From a virus (lineage: Duplodnaviria; Caudoviricetes): a DNA stretch of 54,902 bases. The DNA is taken from positions 1 to 54,902 of IMG/VR virus record IMGVR_UViG_3300020195_000031, one strand, 5' to 3'. Below, one piece after another: positions 35,601 to 45,462 of the stretch. Positions within the stretch are counted from its first letter, which is position 1. Each line of letters opens with the position of its first letter. Below the pieces are notes generated by a model, which was not told the origin of the DNA, ran no database searches, and saw only the letters and a program-made list of their open reading frames with translations. A program made the translations under genes and the position numbers.

Positions 35601-37023
35601 CTTTGATCTTGTCAAGCGATTCTGTAACTTCATTTTTGAAATCTTCAATTTCAAGAATCAAACCGTTACGAGCGATAGCGTGAACAGCATTGAATTTTGA
35701 TACTTGCGTAGCAAGTCCCCATTCTTGAACACGCCCTAAGACACCACTATTAGCTTCGTCAAGATGGGCTTCATCAATCGTCTTGGAGCCGATAAGACGA
35801 TCTTTTCTCCAAGGATATTTGAACCATACCTTTGTGCCTTCTTGTCGAACACAAAGATTCTCCGCGATAATGGTGTTATCTTCTGCAGCCCATCTTTGGT
35901 ATTTTTCAAGGGTCGCTTCTTCTCTCTCGACAGCGGCTTCGGCTTCCGCAATTTCTTCGGACGAGCTTTCCTGCTGTAAAACAATGGCAAGCAGTTGTCG
36001 AGCTTTGACAACATCAGCTTGCTGCTCAATAGCCCTCGTAGTGTTGTAATCATACGGAGTAAAAGTATAGACAAAATGATTCGCAAGATCAATATCTTTG
36101 CGAACAAGCCAAGCCACTTTGGGGTTGTAATAATCTGGATCGTCGATGGGACGAATAGCACATTGCACATCCTCCCACTTGGCAGCATTAGCCGTCGTAA
36201 TTTCAAAAACACCATTATTAAATTGACCCTTGAAAATTATACCATCAATCTCAAGAGTGATTTCTTCATTTTGAGGAAATCGAGAAATATCTTCAACGAA
36301 GATTAGATTTTGCTTCGGGAGTTCAAAATCATCATTATCAATATCAGTATGTAAAACGGATTCGAGGTGTGCAACTGGCTTAAGATGAAAGTTTTTAATT
36401 TTCTCGCCGGCTGCAAGAGGAGCGGTGTAGTCCCAAAGCTTATCGTTAAAAATATTGGCACCAAGATTCATCGGCTTGGTGATGCGTGAGCGTGGAGTCT
36501 CCTGCACAAGAATAGCAGGCGAGTGTGCTACCTTTCCAAAGACCATCGGCCACGGCTTATTGATTGCAACATCATTATTGGCTCCGAATTGGTCTTGCTC
36601 AACCTGATGCCCAATCGCATTGCTCGTATAGGCAGAGGTAAGATCGAAACGAAACTTGCGTTCACCTTCTGACCACTGTACCAACGAAGATACTTTGCCT
36701 CGGAAGATTGCGGTAGGGACACCGGCTTCTTCGGCAAAGTAGTGATACAGGATACACGTTGATCCTTCGGTTTCCGCTGTATCAACAATAGTTTTTAGGT
36801 GGCCGTCAAAATCATCAAGCTCAAGACTGGTATACGCAATCATTCCAAAATTGTTTTGCGTTTTCTCACTACGGATACCAGAAAAAGAAAGAATACGGCC
36901 AGACCAACCAGAGAAGCTTTTGTCAGCATAAAGATACGTGCCGCCGCTAAGCCAATTGATTTGAGCAACAAGAATGGGTTCTTGTGCCTGCGGGCCTACG
37001 CCAGTTTGATTCGTTGTTCTCAT
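32641..37023 (-). CDS. large tail tip/hub protein
   Basis: 1460 aa, downstream of the tape measure and distal-tail genes; WPMVFG hub-like motif; C-terminal LKHLKDVD..GDLLKFDGAEW fibre-type repeat. Confidence 0.7.
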   Translation of the reverse strand: MRTTNQTGVGPQAQEPILVAQINWLSGGTYLYADKSFSGWSGRILSFSGIRSEKTQNNFGMIAYTSLELDDFDGHLKTIVDTAETEGSTCILYHYFAEEAGVPTAIFRGKVSSLVQWSEGERKFRFDLTSAYTSNAIGHQVEQDQFGANNDVAINKPWPMVFGKVAHSPAILVQETPRSRITKPMNLGANIFNDKLWDYTAPLAAGEKIKNFHLKPVAHLESVLHTDIDNDDFELPKQNLIFVEDISRFPQNEEITLEIDGIIFKGQFNNGVFEITTANAAKWEDVQCAIRPIDDPDYYNPKVAWLVRKDIDLANHFVYTFTPYDYNTTRAIEQQADVVKARQLLAIVLQQESSSEEIAEAEAAVEREEATLEKYQRWAAEDNTIIAENLCVRQEGTKVWFKYPWRKDRLIGSKTIDEAHLDEANSGVLGRVQEWGLATQVSKFNAVHAIARNGLILEIEDFKNEVTESLDKIKEFENVDDTLKSPFGGLIHQLELLKFIKNAFWSARSGQDIRQWNPPVGDVYIANLFTSEEVLAVYGVWQDEEGHAFFSPIPKILYTINLSRETNLESGPQNVTTIEFIRPLDTLKGQAWDKAQIYVTLESTIGSNTAAIIEYLLDSYTDLLTDGSTFASVAAALTNYPSHFTISERPDALAVCQEIAWQARCALICDGPTIKIRYLSGEPSTDFTLNEAKTLENSPVLEFTPAEEVTTRLVGKWRRSYAPEPFDVDAQQVYENNFDKYGKREQQVEMYIYNDATLVDKSLLFWGTRYSNVWRLFHATAFPEAFGLEVYDTVATNYSTGLLGSLFQKTVVYSVHNPVHDGLVHLSLWTPAIAGSVTTHPLAWLDDSGDSIPDNPADLFEESNAAVFYARDEFGVDEVMRELRKLESSSKRLAKIVRVHEEFKNTFYVDYYMDGWFKPATHTERVVVDTNPQHNLRVGDWIEVERGQDGVHICHRLVTRAWHGVVFENSRDEDGYNEGGMKYNVKLLNLAGGITDVAYNILKHKGGGGSDLDDIQIVAFNLAEMVVASGAFPHAPVGWVYDGEIVDIYHTTTSEGRGIWWFNRSIPFVQVATSCMFTWVLPGQFVGEIEEEINTVSSPTLVHVQKIEDGDSGTFTEMMQANHDTGCPGGHAVLFSPKFEWDVARSVLRVFPQCRKFDYSGHFNFEADGWVGDEGFDCGEPIEVLIDTVAATDRLVAAKAGETPGYLEEVLLTEDPWIEMIFTDAAIAFYTLKHSDPQAVDGLNEINCLEQITSSGQINFKTITYNSDAKGHLNGNFGNNDDFVVRINPDDLWLEITNDIEVGTGFNTADFNHIGPAAADEAFEFPNVSSVIVTEDGSNTTAKGTKVEINGHSLKHDARGHCLEEINQDTPTEQDEFYVPQMLKHLKDVDDTLAPASGDLLKFDGAEWVKVTPVTITVVTNMQVDGTTRKLQKKTQVITVLPDANTESGWTDVHTGVECP

Positions 37024-37418
37024 ACGACTTCCTCAAATTCTAATTCGACCTCAGATTCTTTGTAGCTTGAAAAAGTTACAGGTGTTGTTAACATCTTCGC
37101 TATTAGGGATTGGTCAATTGTGCCGCCAAAATCTTGTGTAATCGGTAGACCAGTATTATTCTGACGTTGCGATTCCATGAACGTCACTCCCATATTCTGC
37201 CCATGATAGGTCAGAATAAAGGAGCGAAGTTCTAGATATTTGGCCCGAGATAAGATAATCACTGTAACAGTGAATCGTCGACGGCATTCTGTTTTTACTT
37301 TCGTTCGGCGAATACCGGACATTGATCTACGAATCTCTACTTTTTGGTCAAAAATCTCACGCGGAAAATCCCGCGTGCGACCAATGAATGAAGCAGATTG
37401 ACAGGTTAACATCATCAT
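37020..37418 (-). CDS. putative distal tail protein
   Basis: position; RRSMSG...LEFEEV pattern. Confidence 0.5.
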   Translation of the reverse strand: MMMLTCQSASFIGRTRDFPREIFDQKVEIRRSMSGIRRTKVKTECRRRFTVTVIILSRAKYLELRSFILTYHGQNMGVTFMESQRQNNTGLPITQDFGGTIDQSLIAKMLTTPVTFSSYKESEVELEFEEVV

Positions 37419-37825
37419 ACCTGTTCACCTTCAAAACTGAATTCCACTTCCCACACTCTAGCATCCTCACACGCTGTTGATCGTCGCACTTGACGAATTT
37501 TGATTGGTGACTCAATTACACCAACCCACTCTTGCTCAAACTCGTCATAAAGGGTGATATCTAATCCTGCTGTAACGCAAACAAATTCTCGAAGATTATC
37601 GACCTGACTCTTTGACAATGAAGTAAAAGTGTACTGGAGGATTTCAACATCATTCCATGTCGTTGGTCGAACCTGCACTAAGCGACCACCAACAGTTTCA
37701 CGCGTCAGTGTTCGAGGATCAAGAATCTGATTCGTTGTCGATGGAGTATTTAGTTCTACAGTAAGCATTGCGTATTCGAGACGGATCGGGAAGCGTTCTG
37801 CTTCGACACAGACATTTCCTGCCAT
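37415..37825 (-). CDS. putative distal tail protein
   Basis: position; TVGGRL...YTFTSL...W.G.I...FSFEG pattern. Confidence 0.5.
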   Translation of the reverse strand: MAGNVCVEAERFPIRLEYAMLTVELNTPSTTNQILDPRTLTRETVGGRLVQVRPTTWNDVEILQYTFTSLSKSQVDNLREFVCVTAGLDITLYDEFEQEWVGVIESPIKIRQVRRSTACEDARVWEVEFSFEGEQV

Positions 37826-38214
37826 TAGGAGTATCTCCCATTTTCAATCAAGGGTAATTTTATAACAGCAACGTGCTGTTGTAAGGAAAGCTCCGACTCT
37901 AACGGGCGACCAAAATCTGAGGGCGAACGCACAACACTAGATTCTAGACTCAATTCATGACTCAAAACCCTACCAGCATTGATGCCAGAAGCAGCATCCG
38001 AAAGAGCAAGGGTTGAACCTAGTGTTTCGGCGTGTGTTCGGTGCATCGTTTGCGAGAGGAAAAGCGTGTCATCAATTTCTTTCTCGTGCGTTCGCCCTGA
38101 TGCCTGACTCAAAGACAATTCACTTTCAAGACTAAAATTCAATGCCATAGGTTCTCGATCAAATTGATGATCGAGAGCCAAGGCACTGATAATAGTTTTT
38201 TGAAAGATTGCCAT
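37825..38214 (-). CDS. virion protein with short L-x-L-S repeats
   Basis: repeats ESELSLSQ / DTLFLSQ / STLALSD / HELSLES / ESELSLQQ. Confidence 0.55.
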   Translation of the reverse strand: MAIFQKTIISALALDHQFDREPMALNFSLESELSLSQASGRTHEKEIDDTLFLSQTMHRTHAETLGSTLALSDAASGINAGRVLSHELSLESSVVRSPSDFGRPLESELSLQQHVAVIKLPLIENGRYS

Positions 38215-38215
38215 T

Positions 38216-38707
38216 TTAAGCACTCACACTGTAGGTGATTCTGAGAACATCGTCATCAATCACAGGCAGATTAGCAGAAAACAATGCAGTCGCCCACAAC
38301 GTAGCTGCACCAGTGCTACCCTTTGTGTCGATGCTCGCAATAAAGATACCACGAATGCCAACAGTGGCACTAATAGTGAAAACAACCGGCGCAGCATTTG
38401 TAATGACCTGACCCGATGCAGCTCCCTCAGTCCATGCTGGACGCGTCGCTTCATCATAGTCAGAGCTTTCCGTCCATCCTGAATGGGAAGCATGTGTATC
38501 TCCAGCAGCGAGGGCTGTGTACCCTGAATTGTTAATCAGGCCAACGTACCATGCAGGAATCTGCGTGGCCCCATTGAACATGATATTAAGCAGGGCATCC
38601 TTGCCCTGATTCGTAATATCGTTGTGAAAATCATATTCGCCGATTACTTTGCCGTTGCGAACGTGTTCAACAATGAACCGTCCCTTCAAAGATAATTTGT
38701 CAATCAT
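38216..38707 (-). CDS. virion structural (tail fibre anchor-like) protein
   Basis: HNDITNQGKDALLN...WYVGL...DDVLRITY pattern. Confidence 0.6.
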   Translation of the reverse strand: MIDKLSLKGRFIVEHVRNGKVIGEYDFHNDITNQGKDALLNIMFNGATQIPAWYVGLINNSGYTALAAGDTHASHSGWTESSDYDEATRPAWTEGAASGQVITNAAPVVFTISATVGIRGIFIASIDTKGSTGAATLWATALFSANLPVIDDDVLRITYSVSA

Positions 38708-41700
38708 GTTGTACTCGTTGGGGTAAGGTTAACCGTTCCGCGTTGAATCTCTCGGCGTAACGCACGCCCAAGAGCAATAACATTTTCAGGGCTGGCTTCG
38801 GGGCCAGATACAGTGATATTGATTTCACCAACATTCGTCGTCACACTAGCTGTAGCATTTGCGGCATTAGGAAGTAACGGTGAACCACGATCACTGACCT
38901 TCGGGGGAGGTAGACGTTCAGTGATTGTTTCTTGTAGCTTCTTAAGAGAGTTAATCAATTCCTGTGTCGTAGTTTGCCCTGCCTTGTGTTGCCGAGACAA
39001 TTCGTTGATAACCGCTTTGATTCCCTCTTCATTGATTTTAGACGTATTTAGTAAGTCTTGAGCCTCTTTTTGTTTCGCTACAGCATCATTGCGATCTTGT
39101 GCAGCCTGTTGGAATTTCTTGATTTCGTCTAAGAAGTCTTGGAGTAAGCCTTGTGTTGCTTCGGCTTGTTTTTTATTTCGCTCAGCTTCGGCCAAAACCC
39201 CTGGGCTATATGTAACTCCCTCTCGCAAAACTGGAAAGTTTTTAACAATTGCCGCAATCGTTGTTTGCAATGTTTCAAATTGCTTAATGATTTTTTGAGA
39301 AACGCCTTCGGGGTCTTTTGTCGTTTTAAATTCTGCAATATTTTCTAGTAACGCATCAAGGGATTGTTTTGCATTGCCCGTAAGCTGACCTGCTTTTACG
39401 GGTTCGCTGAAAGTCAAACCTGTTGAGCCAACCAAATCTTCAATAATGGTTTCAAAATCTTTAAGCGTATTTCCGAAGATGACCGATGCTTCGTCTCGTC
39501 GTGCAGTAAAGGCGGCTCGCAAATCACCAGCAACTTTGACAAAGTTCGTCAAGTCGATTGTCAAATCGGAGACGGCCTTTTCTGCAAGTTTCAAAGCTGC
39601 ATTTGATTTCTCAATCGCTACAGCTTCTTGAAGTCTAAGCTGTTTTGCTTCCAAAGACTGGACAAGGTTAAATTTGTCAATAGGATTGATTCCAGCCCCA
39701 CCAAGGTCAAGCTTCTTGATTTTGTCAAGGGCTTCGGCGACTTCTGCTAAGCCCCCATCCGTTGCTGCGGCTTCGGAGATATCTTGCAGATGTTCATCTA
39801 GTTGTGCGAAGATTGATTTTTGAAACTCTAGATGTTTCTCTTTTGCTTTTTGAATCGCTTCTTGACGAGCCTGTTCTTCGCGTTGAAACTTGAGTCGTTC
39901 CTCAGCAAGAGCATTGAAAGTTGTCTCAAGCTCAATTAGACGTTGCCGAGCCTTTTCACGAGCCTCATGAGACTTTTTCTCATCTTGGCTCAAGTTGAGA
40001 TTGATCTGGAATCGACGCTCAAGGAGCCTATTGATTTCTTCGTATAGGCGAAGCACCTCTTCCGGATTGGCGTCCTGACCATTCTGCAACGCCTGTGCTT
40101 TTGTTCGAAGCTCATTCGTTCGCTTCAAGAGAGCATCTAGTTGCTTCGCAGGGTCATCAATCTGCGAGAAGGAACGCTCAAAGATTCCGGACTCGTTGTC
40201 AATCGTCAATTGGCGAGTCAGATCAATGAGTTTTTCAATTGCTTTTTCAGAATCTTTCAACGAATCTTCGGTCAGCTTCAAAGCCTTATCCATTGCACTT
40301 TCAATACTCTTACCGGCGGCCTTGAACGCCTTTTCAGCCTTCTTTGCACTACTTTCTGCCGCATCACCCAAACCGTTCAAAACCAATCGAATGGCAGCAA
40401 GGACTCTAGCATATTCACCTTCAACTGCCCCAATCTGATCTTTCAGCCCTTCTTGAACCTTTGTGAAACCTACGCCTTCGGCGTCACGAGCATCAGCATT
40501 TAGTTTTCGCAACGCGAGGCTGAATTCCGATAACCTATCTCTTGCTGCTTGCGCTTCAACACCTGCTGAAATAATTTTGTCAATAACGAAACCGAGACCA
40601 AGAGTAAGGCCGAAAGACACAACGCCTTGCAAGGCAGAGAATGCCCCACGCAACAGAGTTATAGATGTACGAACACCAAGAATCCTATTAGCAGCAATGG
40701 ATGCTTGTACAGCAGTCACCTGCCCCCAAGCGAGCGTTGCCAGTTTGACAACACCCCATCCGATGGCCAATTCTTTCACAATATTCAGAAGCGGGATAAT
40801 CCCGTCTTTCATTTCACCGAAAAGCTTACCAGATTGATTCAAGAATCTAATGAAAGGTTGACCAAAGCTTTCTTGTAGAGCGATACCAAGGGACTTGACC
40901 TGCTTCTCAAGTTGTTTGGCCTGATTCTCGAAAATGATTGTAGAAGCGGTTGCCGCCAGATTACTTGGGTCTTTCAGTTGGCCAACGGCTTCGGCATGTT
41001 GACGACGCAATTCTGCATTGCGTACAGTCTGTTCAGCCGCTCGACGGCCACGAAGATCAGGGAACAATTCAGCGAGTGCTTCCTGACCTTCGCCTGTTCG
41101 CTCAAACTGATTGAACAATTCTTTCATGAACCCGGTCAAACGCAGAGCAGCAATACCTTGACGTACTGTGCTGAAACCCATCTTGTCCAGAGTTTCTTGC
41201 AGCACCTTGGACGGCTTCGACATTCTGTTGAACAGGTTGCCGAGGTTCGTCATCGTCGTATGCGTGTTGACGCCTTGACGACTGATGACGGCAATCGAGG
41301 CTCCCATTTCCTCAAACGTGATGCCTAACGGTGCGGCGGTTGCTGAAAGGTTACCGATTTCAGCAAGCTCACTAGCTGTCGAGCGAGAGATATCAATAAG
41401 TCTAAAGAGAACGTCCGTAAGGTGTTCCGCTTCTTGAGTAGACAACTGGAACGCATTGACAAGACTGGATAGAGCCTTAGCGGTCGTCGCAACGTCCGTG
41501 ACACCGATCAGCGAGAGTCTAAGTGCAGCGTTCAAAAACTGAACAGCTTCCGCACCTTGAGCAATCTGGTCAGAAATGATTTGATAAGCGGCGGCCGCCG
41601 TATCCGTATTATCTGCACCAAACGCTCGCGACACTCTGTTAATAGTGTCAGCCCACTGGCTGAAAGACAGTTGAGCATTTTGTGAAATCGTTCTGATTTC

Positions 41701-43245
41701 GGAAATCTTTTTCTGGAATTCTGCCGAAGCACGCACTGATTCAAAAATCGCACTCGTCAACCGGCCAACGACAAGATGGATTTGCTGAACAAGCAGCAAA
41801 CGGGCAAAGAATGACCAGCGGTTGATGAGAGTATCAACCGATCGTTTTTGGTCATCATTGTTCTTGATGATCCGGTCAGAATTTGATTTTAGCTTCTTTG
41901 TTGCGTTGTCATGGGTCTGCATCAATCCAAGCAAGGCACGTTGGATCGCTGACAATCGCTGAATGGTTCCGGTTGAAAAAGCGGTATATGCTTTTTGGTA
42001 ATCAAGGAGCGTCGCCTTGCCCTTGAGCATAGGCTCAATGAGTTTGTTAAGGGAGATTGTTACTCTGTTAATATCAGGGAAGGCCGCATTCGCTGGTATT
42101 GATGGCGTAAATTGCTGTGCCAGAATATCAGCACCGGCACCACGCTGATTAGCAAATGATTCTGCCCTCGCTTGAACATTCGCTAATTCGCGAGAAACAG
42201 CTAATTGCTTAATCAATTCCCCTGTTGCCTTTTGAGCAGCGAGTGCAATTTTTCTTTGTGCTTGCTCTAGTTTTTGCTGAGCAGCCTCTTGCTTTGCTGC
42301 CGTTCGAGCGATGGCTTCTGTAGCATCCTGATGCCGCTGCATCAAGTTAAGAAGCGTTCGTTGAATCGGCGATAGCTGTTGAACAGTTCTTGTTGAAAAT
42401 GCCTGATACGCAGTTTGATAATCTGCCAATGATGCCTTACCCGCACGCATGGGGTCTAAGAGGCTATTCAAAGCAAATGTGATTTTATTCACATCTCTTT
42501 GGATAGCATTCGCTGGAATTGCTGTTGTTCCAAATTGTCTTGCAAGAAGATCGGTACCAACTTGACGTTGGCCTTGAATTGTTTCTGACCGCGATTTTGT
42601 TTCTGCTTGCACTCTTGCTAATTCTTTAGCAGCAGCCAATTGCTTAAGCAATTCGCCCTTTGCATTACGAGCAAGCAATGCAGCTTTTTCATAAGCTTTT
42701 TGGGCAGCTAATGCTGCTTTCTCATGAGCCTTTTCTTGTTGCTTAACTAGGCCAACAATACGGCGGATAACAGTAACAAGCCCAGCTTCCATATCTGTGG
42801 CAGCAACTGAACTACCATTTGAAATCGCTGCAAAAAGCTCATCATATCTTTCTTTCGTCACTCCAGACGCAGCGGCGGCTTTTTTCAGCTGTGTTAAAAG
42901 CGGAGTAAAATGTTGCGTGGTGTTGGCACTAGCATCCCCGAAAACATTTCCAAAACCTGTAAATTTCCCTCTTGCGGGTGAGACAATACGATTCGTTTCG
43001 GCGTTTCGTGTCTTGAGCAATTCAGTTTGGCGTCTCAATTCACCATTCAATCCGCCTACTGCTTTCTTCATCCGGTTAACTGATGCAATAGCCTTGACGT
43101 TAGAAGCATTCTGTTTTGCTTCTTGGTCAATAATCCCTTTCAGCGTATTAGTAAGGGCCTTAGAGGCTGTATTGATATTCGACAACGCAGCTAATGCACT
43201 ACGTGCATCGCCAAGAATTTTGATGAAATCGGTCGTTGTTGCCAT
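38704..43245 (-). CDS. tail tape measure protein
   Basis: 1513 aa, Ala/Leu/Gln-rich helical; TP901-type core (AAAAYQIIS, GITFEEMGASIA); follows the chaperone genes. Confidence 0.92.
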   Translation of the reverse strand: MATTTDFIKILGDARSALAALSNINTASKALTNTLKGIIDQEAKQNASNVKAIASVNRMKKAVGGLNGELRRQTELLKTRNAETNRIVSPARGKFTGFGNVFGDASANTTQHFTPLLTQLKKAAAASGVTKERYDELFAAISNGSSVAATDMEAGLVTVIRRIVGLVKQQEKAHEKAALAAQKAYEKAALLARNAKGELLKQLAAAKELARVQAETKSRSETIQGQRQVGTDLLARQFGTTAIPANAIQRDVNKITFALNSLLDPMRAGKASLADYQTAYQAFSTRTVQQLSPIQRTLLNLMQRHQDATEAIARTAAKQEAAQQKLEQAQRKIALAAQKATGELIKQLAVSRELANVQARAESFANQRGAGADILAQQFTPSIPANAAFPDINRVTISLNKLIEPMLKGKATLLDYQKAYTAFSTGTIQRLSAIQRALLGLMQTHDNATKKLKSNSDRIIKNNDDQKRSVDTLINRWSFFARLLLVQQIHLVVGRLTSAIFESVRASAEFQKKISEIRTISQNAQLSFSQWADTINRVSRAFGADNTDTAAAAYQIISDQIAQGAEAVQFLNAALRLSLIGVTDVATTAKALSSLVNAFQLSTQEAEHLTDVLFRLIDISRSTASELAEIGNLSATAAPLGITFEEMGASIAVISRQGVNTHTTMTNLGNLFNRMSKPSKVLQETLDKMGFSTVRQGIAALRLTGFMKELFNQFERTGEGQEALAELFPDLRGRRAAEQTVRNAELRRQHAEAVGQLKDPSNLAATASTIIFENQAKQLEKQVKSLGIALQESFGQPFIRFLNQSGKLFGEMKDGIIPLLNIVKELAIGWGVVKLATLAWGQVTAVQASIAANRILGVRTSITLLRGAFSALQGVVSFGLTLGLGFVIDKIISAGVEAQAARDRLSEFSLALRKLNADARDAEGVGFTKVQEGLKDQIGAVEGEYARVLAAIRLVLNGLGDAAESSAKKAEKAFKAAGKSIESAMDKALKLTEDSLKDSEKAIEKLIDLTRQLTIDNESGIFERSFSQIDDPAKQLDALLKRTNELRTKAQALQNGQDANPEEVLRLYEEINRLLERRFQINLNLSQDEKKSHEAREKARQRLIELETTFNALAEERLKFQREEQARQEAIQKAKEKHLEFQKSIFAQLDEHLQDISEAAATDGGLAEVAEALDKIKKLDLGGAGINPIDKFNLVQSLEAKQLRLQEAVAIEKSNAALKLAEKAVSDLTIDLTNFVKVAGDLRAAFTARRDEASVIFGNTLKDFETIIEDLVGSTGLTFSEPVKAGQLTGNAKQSLDALLENIAEFKTTKDPEGVSQKIIKQFETLQTTIAAIVKNFPVLREGVTYSPGVLAEAERNKKQAEATQGLLQDFLDEIKKFQQAAQDRNDAVAKQKEAQDLLNTSKINEEGIKAVINELSRQHKAGQTTTQELINSLKKLQETITERLPPPKVSDRGSPLLPNAANATASVTTNVGEINITVSGPEASPENVIALGRALRREIQRGTVNLTPTSTT

Positions 43246-43248
43246 AGG

Positions 43249-43794
43249 TTACTTAAGGTGAGGATTCGTTCGGGTCGCCTTAACTTTCCAACGGTTCATC
43301 GTCTTGCCAATTAACTTTACAAGGTCTTGCCGTAAAACAACGATCGCTTCCCCGCGTACCTTGTCTAGAAGGTTCCAAGGCATTTTCTTTTGCACTCGCC
43401 TAAAACCCGGATTGGTGGCATCATTTTTAAGAAAATGATCTGTTCCAATATCCATATTCCATTCACGAAAACCTTTATCTTCTCGGATGGATTCTGTCAC
43501 AGCATTGGATGGATATTTGTACGGGTCAAAAAGCTCTTCAAACTCTTCAATGTCTAAAATATTATGCGTCGTGTAATCCACTGGCACGCCGTAATGTTCA
43601 GCGATATCTTCAAAGCCTCGTTTTGCTTGGCCTGTCAAAACAGGCAATCCTTTAGGAGCATCTTGAAGAATTGCATTCAAAATCGTTTGAATACATTTTG
43701 CAAACGCTTCTTCAAAATCCTCTCGCACGCCTTTGATTACAGCATCAACATCAAAGCTTGTGAGGCTAAAATCAATTCTTAGAGTAGGTAACAT
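43249..43794 (-). CDS. putative tail-completion (HK97 gp10-like) protein
   Basis: PVLTGQAK resembles the PVDTG motif. Confidence 0.4.
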   Translation of the reverse strand: MLPTLRIDFSLTSFDVDAVIKGVREDFEEAFAKCIQTILNAILQDAPKGLPVLTGQAKRGFEDIAEHYGVPVDYTTHNILDIEEFEELFDPYKYPSNAVTESIREDKGFREWNMDIGTDHFLKNDATNPGFRRVQKKMPWNLLDKVRGEAIVVLRQDLVKLIGKTMNRWKVKATRTNPHLK

Positions 43795-43824
43795 AAGACT
43801 CTCCGCAAACAAACCGCGGTGTTT

Positions 43825-44058
43825 TCACACCGCAGCTTGTATCATTGCCTTATCGCGTTCATGTTCCTCATGTTCACGAATTTCGGCATATGCTAATAGT
43901 TGGGCTTGCACCCACAAATTACAATCATCGTACTTGATTTCAACATCAGGAGGCAGAATTTTTAGGCGTTCACAGGCTCGCCAGACGGAGTAGAGGGCTG
44001 TTCGTCCTCCGGGAGTGATTCTGATGGCTCCACCAATGCCCGCCGACCAGCTAAAAAA
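43825..44058 (-). CDS. tail assembly chaperone frameshift extension (gpT part)
   Basis: -1 frame open from slippery T TTT TTA (44058-44052) to TGA at 43825: ...LYSVWRACERLKILPP...QAQLLAYAEIRE... Confidence 0.8.
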   Translation of the reverse strand, partial: FFSWSAGIGGAIRITPGGRTALYSVWRACERLKILPPDVEIKYDDCNLWVQAQLLAYAEIREHEEHERDKAMIQAAV

Positions 44059-44495
44059 CGCTTTCGTGCCTCTTCGATTTTTCGATCATCCAAACAATTC
44101 GCTTCCAACACGCCACCAAGAATGCGGCTTTGTTCGATTTGGCTTAGACCAACGGTTTCCATTTCCTTAACGTAGTTGCCCCACGTTTTTGGATCTTCCA
44201 TGTCAACAGTATCCCATACCAGTCCGTCGGTGGCTTCGACGGCTTTCAGGAAAATCCAATTCATTCGACGTTCGCCATACTCGGCCATCTGCTTCACGAA
44301 CGATTTGTTTTTCAAATCAGGTTCCGGGTCTTTGCCGGGCGTTCGCATCACAGGAGGCTTTGGGGCCGGACAAAGGGAATCGAATTCCTTGAAGTCCAAA
44401 ACCGCACGGCACTTAAAGACAATCTGATTATCTTCACCGCGTGGCAGGATTACATCGACTTCATTCGGCCCAAGATTTTGACCCGCAAGTTTCAT
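43962..44495 (-). CDS. tail assembly chaperone (gpG)
   Basis: between the tail tube and tape measure genes, with a slippery site at RKRFL. Confidence 0.8.
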   Translation of the reverse strand: MKLAGQNLGPNEVDVILPRGEDNQIVFKCRAVLDFKEFDSLCPAPKPPVMRTPGKDPEPDLKNKSFVKQMAEYGERRMNWIFLKAVEATDGLVWDTVDMEDPKTWGNYVKEMETVGLSQIEQSRILGGVLEANCLDDRKIEEARKRFLAGRRALVEPSESLPEDEQPSTPSGEPVNA

Positions 44496-44507
44496 ACTAT
44501 TTTCCTT

Positions 44508-44990
44508 TTACGATCCGAGCGTTCCGCTCAACACAGCAGTCTTAGCGTTGCATTGTCCGGTGACAGAAATCTGACCACCCCGAGAATCATGTTCCAGCGT
44601 TTCCCAACGGAAATCCGGGAACGTAATAGTGTCGTCAATCACCGGATCTGAGCAATCGGGGTTGTAGTTCAAAACGACATCAACGGCATACGGCTCACAG
44701 GCATCCGCCGAAGTTGTTGCCCAATCACTCGCTTCTCCAATATTCTTGAAAGCATCTTCAAGATTCGTTGTCCCGTTGCCTGACAGACGTTCCCACTGGA
44801 AGTCCATCCGAAGCTCAAGAGGAATCTCATCACCTTCACGCACGGTGTCAATGAGACCCTTATCAAGAGCGTATTCCATATTCCGACGCTCGGAATAGGT
44901 CAGGTTGCCTTCACCGATTTTAACTTCAATGAAGTTCGCTCCGCCGTCTTGCACCTGAATAGTGCAATATTTCAAATCAAGCTTTGCCAT
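44508..44990 (-). CDS. major tail (tube) protein
   Basis: 160 aa, acidic and beta-rich, directly upstream of the chaperone. Confidence 0.7.
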   Translation of the reverse strand: MAKLDLKYCTIQVQDGGANFIEVKIGEGNLTYSERRNMEYALDKGLIDTVREGDEIPLELRMDFQWERLSGNGTTNLEDAFKNIGEASDWATTSADACEPYAVDVVLNYNPDCSDPVIDDTITFPDFRWETLEHDSRGGQISVTGQCNAKTAVLSGTLGS

Positions 44991-45000
44991 GATACTTTCC

Positions 45001-45462
45001 TTATGTTGATAGAGTCATCTGGTACCGCCCATCGACTGTTCCTTGTAGCAAAGTGGTATCGTCTTTAATTTTGCCGTAATAATTCCATGAAGCCTTTCCG
45101 CGGATGTCCATACAGCCAAATTGGTCTTGGTCATCAATTTCGGCACTTCCCAATTTGAGCATTGCGATGCTTGTGGCGAAACTCGCTAAAAAGATTCCGC
45201 CAATCTCATGTACCCTGAACCTATTGATATTTTTTTCGTCCACACTTACAAGGATGTTGAGTCTACACTCAAAACGAAAACAATTCTTTGACAGTTCTTC
45301 AACTTGAGGGCCAAGGAGACGAAATTCAGAATACTCTGCTAGAGTTTGTGTCTTTCGTTCTTCGCCTTCAATATGAATCAAAATACCGGCATCGTCTGCG
45401 GCATCATAAAAATGCTTTGCAAAAGATGCCCAAATCCATTTTGGCCAACTCACGTTAAACAT
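45001..45462 (-). CDS. putative tail terminator protein
   Basis: synteny and size. Confidence 0.5.
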   Translation of the reverse strand: MFNVSWPKWIWASFAKHFYDAADDAGILIHIEGEERKTQTLAEYSEFRLLGPQVEELSKNCFRFECRLNILVSVDEKNINRFRVHEIGGIFLASFATSIAMLKLGSAEIDDQDQFGCMDIRGKASWNYYGKIKDDTTLLQGTVDGRYQMTLST

